Below, one piece after another: positions 28,450 to 39,142 of a stretch of DNA of 64,000 nucleotides. The translations under genes were made by a program, and so were the position numbers. The stretch is from Blasia pusilla (taxonomy: Eukaryota). Location: positions 9,858,001-9,922,000 of the forward strand of contig CM114271.1 in NCBI GenBank assembly GCA_050084515.1, written 5' to 3'. Within the stretch, counting starts at the first letter, position 1, and each line of letters opens with the position of its first letter. The notes under the pieces are model-generated. The model did not search any database. It worked only from the letters and a program-made list of their open reading frames with translations, and had not been told where the DNA came from.

Positions 28450-30460
28450 ATGGATAATTATGTGAAGCTCACTTGTGGTAGTCATCTAGCGGCCCTTCCT
28501 CAATCAAAAATCGTTCGACCGCAAGCTCGTGAGTCTTTCAAAGCAATGGATGAAAAATTTCTCTCCGTTCGATTTCTTCTCCAAATTGGAACCATCTTTG
28601 TATCCAAGGATATTAGGGTAAAAGGTACATAGGAAATAATAGGTGAGACAGTCCAGCCAGTGATTGGAGACCCTAAAGTATGGAATCTCCTACCTCTAGC
28701 AAATGATCAATACAGAGTTTACGGCTTGCCTCTGAATTCCTCAATTTCCCAAGCAGACGGTCGAGAATTAGCTAGTGCACCGAGCTCTACGTTTGTAACT
28801 CCTAGCTCAATAGATCCGGCATCGACTCCAACTTCACACGCTCGTAACAATGTTGTACTTCCTGAAGACATCCGGATGTCGTCGACCTCAGTGGATCTGT
28901 CGGACACCAATTGGGCCCTCTGTCCCTCTTCTCGTTCCTCTTGCGAGTATCAGGCAATAGTTTGGTATCGTCTTTGGCCTTGAAAATATTCAAGCACATT
29001 CTTGTCGACAAGCTGCCGCCCATATACGATGGTAATTGTATTTTTGAGTTGCCTCCACTTGCTGCTCCTACTCAAAAGAAAGATGGAGGACGCTTGAAGG
29101 GTATGGACAAAAAGTCTGATTATCATCGATGGTGCAGGCTTCAACAGACTAGTGCTTCAATTCTAGATGGTCCTTGGATTGTCTCCCGACGCCAATGCGT
29201 TGGAGCCTTGGAGTGTAGAAGTCCACCATGCTTGTATCTAGAGCGCAACGGGCGGGTGAATACGTCGCAATTCTCCCCCAAGAATGCAGAAACTCCATAT
29301 GAGGTCGGTGCCACCATACCGCCGGGAGGCCATTGATGTCCTCATTGTCAGGCATCCCCTTTCTGCGTTGGAGCGTGTCCTGCATACATATTTTTCATTG
29401 TCCACGACTTGGGCTCCACGTCAGATTACACAAGGCTGGAAATTCATTTTGGCTCCCACACTCATCCTGTGACCGATGCAATTCAGAGACACATCAAGGA
29501 GGATGTGGCAAAGAAAGTGACCAAGGTCTACAAAAACTCTCCGGGCTCAAAGCCTGGAGTGATCAAGCTCACAACAACATCACAAATTTGTGAACAATTG
29601 CTTGGAATCCTTGTACAAGGCAAGATCACGGTTGCTAAGGAGAAACAACTATGGGAAAATCTCGCATTTCTCGCTGATCCTGAATGCTTCCCGAATTTGC
29701 TGCGTCAAATACAAGTACTGGATGGAAAGACCGCCGAAATGGATGCCATTGCCAGAATCAAGGCCAACTCCAGATTTCCATTCATTCAGAGATGGCAGTT
29801 CTTGGGTCAAGGAGGCGAGGGATCCAGGGCCTATGTCTTCAAAATGTAAACCACAGGTCCGTCGAGTGGCCTCGATCTTATAGATCGAATGAGGGAAGGG
29901 GAAGATCTTTACGGCAGCTGGGTAAAATTTGATATTTGCTACAGAGTGCTGAACGGATGGTTGACGATGGGTGCTCATGTTTATGACCATGTGGAGAGGG
30001 ACTCAAAACTATATTTGTCTGTGAAGTAAAAGCAGAAGACATTGGCAGTTTCAAGATGTGATGGTTACTCTTATTGGAGGTGGTGAAGGAAAACAAAAGG
30101 CCACCTCCGGAAATTTATGGGTTCATGGCGGAAAATGCACAACCTGGGTGGATTGCTATCAGGGAAGTGTTCTGGGGTGGAGAGGTTCAACCAGAGAGGG
30201 AAAGGCCGGATGCTTTCCATTGGCAACAGTCTCTGACCCGGTACATCAAATCTTGCATCAAGGAGAATAAGAGGACAGAGCATGTCACTCTGCTCCAAGG
30301 CTGCAAGGACATCAAAACCTTGAAACAAGCCATGGAATGCCAAGAAGAACTTCATGGGTGGTGGAGGAAGCATGCGATTGAGGGGAAGTACAAAGAGTTG
30401 TGCTCTTGGCTGAGTTGGTGGACTGTACGTATGAGACAATGGGGAAACTTCATGCGGCAC
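28450..30460 (+). pseudogene. Arm A Mutator-like DDE transposase with GCM/WRKY-like zinc finger, 3'-truncated, with stops
   Basis: RRQCVGALECRSPPC...CPHC...C...HFGSHTHP, then WVKFDICYRVLNGWLTMGAHVYD, YGFMAENAQ and ERPDAFHWQQS (C/D-x2-H motif). TATA-like CTATAAAT at ~28363. Confidence 0.72.
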
Positions 30461-30569
30461 ATGAGTTCACTATTTCCTCTTGTCAAACTCACGCTCAGAA
30501 CTGCTGGAAAAGTTGCAGCTCAAGTTGAGAAGCGTGGGAACTATAGGGATTTCAAACCAAAGAAACCAA

Positions 30570-30735
30570 GCAACTTGTCGGATGCGACAGGTTGCCCGAG
30601 TGTGCAACCCGTCGGAAACAGACGGGTTTCCCGAGTGTGCAACCCATCGAAAACACACAGGTTGCTCGAGTGTGCAACCCGTCGGAAACGGATGGGTTTC
30701 CTGAGTGTGCAACCAGTCGGAAACCGACGGGTTGC
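30570..30735. repeat. Array of the 27-bp palindrome with ~35-bp period, in the central spacer of the foldback
   Basis: Motif starts at 30570, 30604, 30639, 30674 and 30709, separated by ~8-nt ccgagtgt-like linkers. Confidence 0.88.
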
Positions 30736-30986
30736 ATCAAGAATATTGATGCAACCCGTATAAAAGTATGCAAGCCTCATGTATACAAGGCCTGCAAGGC
30801 CGGATGGGTTTCAGATGACTTGCACTTGGATCTTCTAGCCCGGAGTGGCCAAAGGTTCTTGCAACCCGTCATAATCAGATGGGTTGCAATAGGTGCTTCC
30901 TGGGTGTTGCAACACGTAGGGACCTGACATGTCGCAGAGTCGTTCATGGGATGCCTCGGCCTTGCAACCCGTCTGGTTAGACATGG

Positions 30987-32885
30987 TTCCTGGCATTCCA
31001 TGGCCTGCTTCAAGGTTTTGCTGTCCTTGCAGCGTTGGAGTAGAGTGACATGCTCTGTCCTCTTATTCTCCTTGATGCAAGATTTGGTGTACCGGGTCAC
31101 AGACTGTTGCCAATGGAAAGCATCCAACCTTTCCCTCTCCGGTTGAACCTCTCCACCCCAAAACACTTCCCGTATAGCAATCCACCCAGGTTGTGCATTG
31201 TTCGCCATGAACCCATAAATTTCCGAAGGTGGCCTTTTGTTTTCCTTCACCACCTCCAATAAGAGTAACCAACACATCTTCAAACTGCCAACGTCTTCTG
31301 CCTTTACTTCACAGACAAATATAGTTTTGAGTCCCTTCTCCACATGGTCATAAACGTGAGCACCCATCGTCAACCATCCGTTCAGCACTCTGTAGCAAAT
31401 ATCAAAGCTTACCCAGCTGCCGTAAAGATCTTCCCCTTCCCTCATTCGATCTATAAGATCGAGGCCATTCAACGGACCTATGGTTGACATTTTGAAGACA
31501 TAGGCCCTAGATCCCTCGCCTCCTTGGCCCAAGAACTGCCATCTCTGAATGAATGGAAATCTGGACTTGGCCTTGATTTTGGCGATGGCATCCATTTCGG
31601 CTATCTTTCCATCCAGAACTCGTATTTGACACAACAAATTCCCGAAGCATTCAGGATCAGCGAGAAATGCGAGATTTTCCCATAGTTGTTTCTCCTCAGC
31701 CGCCGTGATCTTGCCCCGTCCAGGGATTCCAAGCAATTGTTCACAAATTTGTGATGCCGTTGTGAGCTTGATCACTCCGGGCTTTGAACCTGGAGAGTCT
31801 CTGTAGACCTCGGCAATTTTCTTTGCCACATCCTCCTTAATGTGTCTCTGAATTGCATCGGTCACAGGATGATTGTGGGAGCCAACATGAAGTTCCAGCC
31901 TTGTGTACTCTAACCTGGAGCCCAAGTCGTGGACAATGAAAAATATGTATGCAAGACACGCTCCAACGCAGAAGGGCGATGCCTGACAATGAGGACATCG
32001 ATGGCCTCCCGGCGGTATGGTGGCACCGACCTCGTATGGAGTTTCTGCATTCTTGGGGGGGAATTGTGACGTATTGACTCGCCCGTTGCGCTCTAGATAC
32101 AGGCATGCTAGACTACTACACTCCAAGGCTCCCACGCATTGGCGGCGAGAGACAATCCAAGGACCATCTGGAATTGAAGCACTAGTCCGTTAAAGCCTGC
32201 ACCATCGATGACAATCAGACTTTTTGTCCATACCCTTCAGGCATCCTCCCTCTTTCTTTTGAGCAGGAGCAGCAAGTGGAGGCAACTCAAAAATGAAATT
32301 ACCATCGTACGTGGGCATCAACTCGTCGACAAGAATGTGCTTGAACATTTTCAAGGCTAGAGACGAAAGCAAACTATTGCCTGATACTCGCAAGAGGACC
32401 GAGTAGGCGGACAGAGGGCCCGGTTGGTGTCCGACAGATCCACTGAGGTTGATAACATCTGGAATCTCTTCAGGAAGTACAACATTATCATGAGCGTGTG
32501 AAGTTGGAGTCGGAGCTGGATCTACTGAGCTAGGAGTTGCAAACGTAGAGCTCGGAGCACTAGGAAATTCTCGACCGTCTACTTGGGAAACATACGAATT
32601 CAGGGGCAAGCCGTAAACTCTGTATTGACCATTTGCTAGAGGTAGGAGATTCTATACTTTACGGTCTGTAGTCACTGGTTGGACTGTCTCACCTATTATG
32701 TCTTCCGTACCATCCACCCTAACATCTTTGGATACAAAGATGGTTCCAATTTGGAGAAGAAATTCAACAGAGAGAAAATTTTCATCCACTGCTATGAAAG
32801 ACTCACGAGCTTGCGGTCGAACGATTTCTGATTGAGGAAGGGCCGCCAGATGACTGCCACAAGTGAGCTTCACATAATTATCCAT
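30987..32885 (-). pseudogene. Arm B Mutator-like transposase, truncated after ...KQAMECQE
   Basis: ORFs 32652-32885, 32190-32609 and 30777-32135 are closely similar to the arm A copy (WVSFDICYRV, YGFMANNAQ, DAFHWQQS). Homology stops abruptly at ~30987. Confidence 0.72.
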
Positions 32886-33280
32886 TCCCAGAAATTTCGT
32901 ATGGGAGGAGGGTGAGAATGAGAATGAGAATTTTTAATTTATAGTGAAAAGGAAAACAGATATTCATGACAGATTTTTATTGACAAGATGAAGTTTGGTA
33001 GGTGAAATTGTCTGACACAATGGATCCAATTCTATTGCAAAGATTCAATTGTGTTGCAATGTGTTACCGAATTTGGGAAGCAAGATTGTTGGAACCTGTC
33101 GGAGTCCTGGTAACTCAACAATTAACCCAAGCTAAGCGAAGCCTGCAACCCGTCAGCTTCGAACGGGTTGCACGCTTCTACCTTACCTTCAAACGCAAAC
33201 ATGGTCAAAGCTAGCAACCTGTCGCTCTCCAACGAGTTGCTTGGATACCGCTCCTTCTTGCCTGAAGATGCCGGAGGATT

Positions 33281-33843
33281 GCAACCCGTCGGCATCAGAC
33301 GGATTGCCCAATTATCTCACGGTGTAACACTTACATGAAGGAAGCGTGCAAAACGTCTGTTCCCGACGAGTTCCGCGGGTGGCCGCACCTTCTTGCCCAA
33401 AGACGGCAAGGCGTGCAACCCCTCGCCCTCCGACGGGTTGCGCAAGGGCCTCGCCTTGTTTCGCTTACATGAAGGAAGTGTGCAACCTGTCGGACTCCGA
33501 CGAGTTGTGCGGGAAGCCCGCATTGTTAACCCTTGACGAGGGAAGCGTGCAACCCAACGGTCTCCGACGGATTGCGCGGGTACGTCCCATTCTTGTCCGA
33601 AGACGGCGGAGGTGCGCAACATGTCGGTCTCCGACGGGTTGCGCGGGTACGCCCCGTTCTTGACCAAAGACGGCGGAGGCGCGCAACCCGTCGGAGACCG
33701 ATAGGTTGCGCGGGTACCTCGCGTTCTTGTCCGAAGACGGCGGAGGCGCTCAACCCGTCGGTCTCCGACGGGTTGCTCGCGCACCTTGCGTTATCTTCCC
33801 AGGACGGCGGAGGCACGCAACATGTCGGAGTCCGACCGGTTGC
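33281..33843. repeat. Phased array of the 27-bp palindrome, 67-bp period, 9 units (arm B intergenic region)
   Basis: Motif starts at 33281, 33348, 33415, 33482, 33549, 33616, 33683, 33750 and 33817. Confidence 0.9.
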
Positions 33844-34188
33844 CATTTTTCACGTCCGGACTTCCGTAACGTCGCCGTCGAAAGGACGACGGGACCCAAC
33901 GGTCAGCCCAACTGCTAGAAAAGTATAAATAGGGCAGAAATCACTCATTTCTAGTTTCTCATTTAGCGATCTCCATTCCTCTCTCTCCCGCGCAGCAGCT
34001 GATCAGATACCAAGGGGCGTTCCACACGGCGAGTCATCGCGAGTCGATACGAGGGAACGAGAGCGAGACGGTTCGACCAAACGAGAGCGAGACGGTTCGA
34101 CTGAACGATCGCGAGACGATTCGAGCTTCCCATCAAGGCGACTCATCTCGACATCAGCAAGGCGATTGATCAAGCAATTCCGGGAAAA

Positions 34189-37100
34189 ATGACGAGGAAA
34201 AAAGTTCAAGCAACGAAGTCTAGGAGCTTCACTCCGAAGTCCATTAGGACTCCTGCGTCAACATCTCCAGGGCCTCATTCGGTAAATGAAATTAGGCAGT
34301 AGGAAATCGAGGAGCAAGAAAGGGAAGCGGAGATGCACAACTAGGAGCTTCTTGCGAGACGTGTTCAAGAGGCGCCGACAGACGTAACGCAGAGGCCGAG
34401 ACGTCGCAGCCTTGAAGAAAAGGATCGCCGATGAAAAGAGAGAAAAGAAGCGCCTGGACGGCGTCGAGTGAGAGCATTGGCTAAAGCGAGGAGGGAAAAG
34501 CGATAGCCATTGACGACAGCCCTGCCCGTCCAACCAAAAGTGTTGAGATGCGGGAAATGTCCCCCATGAAGTCCGGGGACACAATCAACATAGCGGAAAC
34601 GCCAGAAGTTCAAATCACGGACGATGAGGTCATGAGGACCGCCAGCGTGGAGATGGTGGATATTGCCGAAGAAGCCGGAGAGCGTTCATTCTCGTCTCCA
34701 AGCCCGGCGGAAGACATCGACCTCTATCAGATCGACAAGTTCGATCGATTTATAGTCTGTATCTCGACACATTGGCTGGTGAAGAAACCGACCCAATTTT
34801 TGAGCGGGTAAGAGAGGATCTGGGTTTTTTGAATTATGTGAATTACAATTCATTGGGAATTCAGTGTAGCTTATTGATCTTGTCCCGGTTCCGACAGGTG
34901 GTAAAGCAGATGGCACTGATGGAGGGCCACAACGCTCCGAGGATTCCACTCTGCCGATTGTGGACAATGGAATACGTCCGCGAAATTCAGTCCGACGAGG
35001 ACATTGCAAAGCTAAAACAATCGGCGGCGACAACATCCTACGTCGATAGCTTTCCTCCCTTCTATGTTCTGCCTTACAACGAGCATGGAACCCAAGCCCT
35101 GGTTACGGAGGAGGACTTGGATAAGCTCGACACATTCTGGAGGATGAGAGACCAGGATTTCAGAAGGCAAGTAGAGGGCACGGAATTCAGCTGGATGAGG
35201 AATCTTTATTTCTTCATCTGGGATGGAAATCACATGTTCATGGCGTGGACCAAGTTTGCAGAGGAGCGGCCCAACTCCTTGGAGGCACATTTTTGCGTAA
35301 AGGCAGTGGTCCTTCCTCCATTCCCTCATCAAATGGCGACGATGGAGATGGCAATGCATGCCATGAACACGTAAGTATCTTCTTGCTCCTAACCGTCGGA
35401 CTCCGACAAGTTTTTTGGGTTGGCACTGTTGTTGGGATGCTTTTGGCCAAACGCAACTCGTTGGACTCCGACCAGTTGCTCGATTGATGAATGGGTTAGG
35501 TTATTTTTTGCTGAAAGCAACTCATCGAATTGCGACGAGTTGTTCGACTGACCACATGTTAAGTAAGTTTTTGGCCCAAAGCAACCCGTCGGAGTCCGAC
35601 GGGTTGCTCGACTCGCCGCCTTTTCAGGATGTTTTTTGAAGAAAGCAACTCATCGGACTCCGACGAGTTGTTCGACTGACCACAGGTTTAGTATGTTTTT
35701 GGCCCAAAGCAACCCGTCAGAGTCCGACCGGTTGCATTCGGAAGTTGGTTTAGCAAATTTTGCGTCAAATTGCAAGTTTCCATTCAATTGCGCAACCTGT
35801 CGGACTCCGACTGGTTGATATGTTCACGTTTGATACGGACTATCTGACAACCCGTCGGACTCCGACGGGTTGTTATGTTCACGTTTGATATGGACTATCT
35901 GACAACCCGTCGGAGTCCGACGGGTTGAAACCAGGCATTCACAAATGTGAATGCAATCCGTCGGACTGCGACGGGTTGCATCATTTAGCTCGTTGCTAGA
36001 ATCCGACCTTGAGCTGTGACGACCCGTCGGAGTCCGACGGGTTGCAGGAACCCATGTAACTTACAAATTTTTTGACGAGTTGAGTTTGGATGTGCAAGAT
36101 TGTATCAGAGGGGAATGTCACCCACCACTGGATCCAGGACTGCAATCGGGAAAAGAAGGTGCTTACGACGCACCCGGCAGAGTACAAGGGGTTCTTGGGC
36201 GATGCCCTAGTAAATCAGATACTTGCAAAGGGTGCACAGATAAAGAAGAAAACTTGGGCAAATAAGTTTATTTCCCAAGATGCAGCCCTAACCATCCTTT
36301 GCTGGTCAAAAATACATTCCGCGAAGAAGAGCGCTGCACTGGAGCTGGAGCGGAGGGAGAAATTATCTGGGTGTGAGCGCGCGAAATTCATCCAAGCTGT
36401 AGTATCTGCAGCCACGAAATACACGGCGAGCAAGATGCAGCGATACATCAGCATTCTCAACCCCGAACTTGGTCCGAAGTTTTACAAGGAGCTTAAGGCG
36501 ATTATCAAGCGCCAACGGAAAAGGGATGAAGATCCGCAAAGTCGGATTGGGGAGAAAGTGTCCCTGGATCGCGTGCATCGGTTTGCGTTGTCTGGCATAA
36601 GCGAGTTTAGGAGAATCCGACTGATGAAAATCAATCTCGAGGGCACAGAGGCCCAGAAGAGGGCGGCACACCATCCTCCGGGTGTGTCCGATCCAGTGAT
36701 CTCCCACTGGCTACGCGAATGGTCGTTCTGGGACGCGTTGCGGGTTATCGGGAAGTCCGTGTTGGACGGTCTGCAAGCGGAGCTCAAAAGATTAGAGCCC
36801 ATTCTGGATGAAGCAAACCTGGAAAGTTATGTAGATGTCGAGGTTTGGCTTGACGACATCCGGGACAAGCCAATAAAAAATCCAGGATTCAAGACAATGT
36901 TCGAGGTTTGCGTCCTCCCGCAAGCAGAGCTTGACAAAGAAATCGAGGGGAATAAACGGGATCAAGCAAAGAAGAAGCGAGATCTACAGGAGCAGACGGA
37001 CCTGCGAGATCTACAGGATTCAGTTCGAGTAAAAGTTGCCCAACGGATGGTCTTCAGGTACCTCGTCCACTGTAAGAATGTAGGTACCTGGGGAAAATTA

Positions 37101-39142
37101 CCTGCAGCCTTGAAATTGTGGGCTTCGCCGCCTGATGGAGAGACATTTTCCATGTACGACATGGAGATGGCGCAACACATGTCCGATTGGGAGGTGGAGA
37201 ATTGCCCCATTTGGCTTGACTTCAACGATCCTGAAGACATCACCGATAAGGATTTACGAGTGCTTCATGATGCAGTGGCCTCAGGACAAGACGACATCCC
37301 CAATTTTTTGCAGCCTGAAGACTTCTTCGGAGGAGATGCGGAAGAGCAAGCCCACGAGACAGTTGACTTGGCTTCCAAGGTCCGTACAGCCAAAGACAAA
37401 TCCACAGCGGGTCTCAAAGGCAAGGCGAGGGGAGGGAAGGAATTCCGAGGCCGAGTCTTCCCAAAGAGAGGCTGAAAATTCAAGGCCAGAGCCGGAATCG
37501 TCCGGGCTAGCGGGGTGAGAGGGTCGGACCAGGTCCCCGGCGAAAAAACCCCACCAGAGTCAGAGGTCATAGAGACCTCGACAAGCCGTCCGCAGACTCG
37601 AGAGAAGCGGAAGCGAGAGGTGCCAGGGTTGTCCCAAGGAGAATACAATCCATCATCCTTAGGAAGACACAGAGAAACAACGACCCGGACAAGCGTCCTC
37701 CTTCAGTTCACTCCTTTACTGGATGAGCTGAAAAGCTTCATTTCTCAAGCGTCGACACCAGCCATTGATAAATTGACAACGTTGGGACGGAAGCTCCAAC
37801 GAAACGGGCACGCTGCCTGGACGGTGAATGGAGTGGTCGAAGAGGTTGCGGTGGATCTCTTGATCGCTGATCTGCCCTCAGGGTTGCGACTGTGGGGCAA
37901 GAATCCGTCGGACGGGTACCTGACTGGAATGTGCCGCTCTCTTATGACCAAATCGCGCTATTTTTCTCCTTTGCGCCTATCCGAGTGAGGGGTCGCTTCT
38001 TAGTGTTGACGGAGGAGCGAGGAAGAGCTCTTCAACCTCCAGGGCGTCAAGAGGTCGCTAAAGTGGAGGACGGCGCAATCGTAGATCATAAAAAATGAGT
38101 ACCCACTCCGATCCGCGACGAGTCAGATTCGGGTAAGGCTCAATTCCTGTAGTATAATCTCAAATATATTTTCAAATTCGGGTAAGGCTAAATGCGTGTA
38201 AATTTCAGATAGTATATCTCCGTTGTTTTTGTCCGTGAGCAACCCGTCGGAAGGCAACGGGTTGCTGGCTTAGAGCAGCCCATGCTCGGCTAAGAGCAAC
38301 CCGTCAGTTTCCGACGGGTTGCATCTTTCCCAGAAACACAGGGAAAACCGTGGTGTACCTGCAACCCGTCGGGTTGCAATTGCTTTTGGTTTTTCCTTAT
38401 GTTTCCGGAAAGCTGCAACCCGTCGGAAAGTGACCTGTTGCTCTCAGCCGAGCATGGGCTGCTCTAGGCCAGCAACCCGTCGCCTTTTGACGGGTTGGTC
38501 AGGGACAAAACAACCCGTAGGACTCTGATTGGTTGCTCCAAAGTTAGTAATTGAAAAAAGTTCTCTAGGGTCAAGCCGACTTCTTTGGTGACGTGTTGCA
38601 CATTATGCCAAGTTGCTGACATTGTTTCCAACGTGCTTCTTTACAGATGGACCACTCCTACGTTTAGTGCTTCGTTCGGCCCGAGCACAATGTCCAAGTG
38701 TTCAAGATCCAGGATCATGTGGATCCATGCTCAGATGAGTACAGCTTAGATAGTTTGTACAATTCCCCCCCGGGAATTTACATGCAAGACGGTACCCCAC
38801 TTCTGGGAGGAAGGGAAAAGTCGCCAGCCCTGATGCAAACGCTCATCGAGCTCTGCTCAAGGCCGGGTGACTTGGTGTTCGACTTAGTGGGACTTTCAGG
38901 GGCAAGTATCAAAGGCGCCTGGTAGAGTGGCAGAACATTCTGCCTCGAGGAAGGCAGAATCGCTTGACCTTTGCAAGGAGGCAAAGCAGAATACGAAAGG
39001 CTCGTTAGGCGTACAACTCTCCACCGGCCGAGAGCTCGGTTCGGCACCCACCATTGGTAGTGACTCCATCGTCACTTCCAACGATTCTGAAAATCATGAG
39101 GGCAAGGCCGAAAGTAATTTTGCAAGAGCTCTCGGACGATGA
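34189..39142 (+). pseudogene. Arm B ParB/Srx-like + N4/N6 DNA-methyltransferase-like fusion gene; exons ~34189-34807, 34898-35370, 36098-38132, 38647-39142
   Basis: TATAAATA at ~33924 and start MTRKKVQ. GTAAG donors at 34808, 35371 and 38133. Motifs IPLCRL...YVRE...FFIWDGNHMFMAW, VAVDLLIADLPSG and EKSPALMQTLIELCSRPGDLVFDLVGLSGAS. Several stops and frameshifts. Confidence 0.72.
35390..36045. repeat. Cluster of 27-bp palindromes filling intron 2 of the ParB-MTase-like gene (mirror at ~25310-25890)
   Basis: A perfect copy GCAACCCGTCGGAGTCCGACGGGTTGC lies at 35581-35607, with about ten further variants at roughly 55-65 bp spacing. Confidence 0.88.

Noticed and set aside
33281-33843. CRISPR-like array (27-bp palindromic repeats with ~40-bp spacers; also 27504-27931)
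   Set aside because: The spacers are homologous to each other and the repeats are degenerate. The same motif is scattered through introns, there are no cas genes, and the context is eukaryotic.
22198-39142. Bacterial contamination or prophage as the source of the ParB/MTase-like genes
   Set aside because: The genes have GT-AG introns conserved between arms and TATA boxes, and they are nested inside a plant copia element with an intact TSD.
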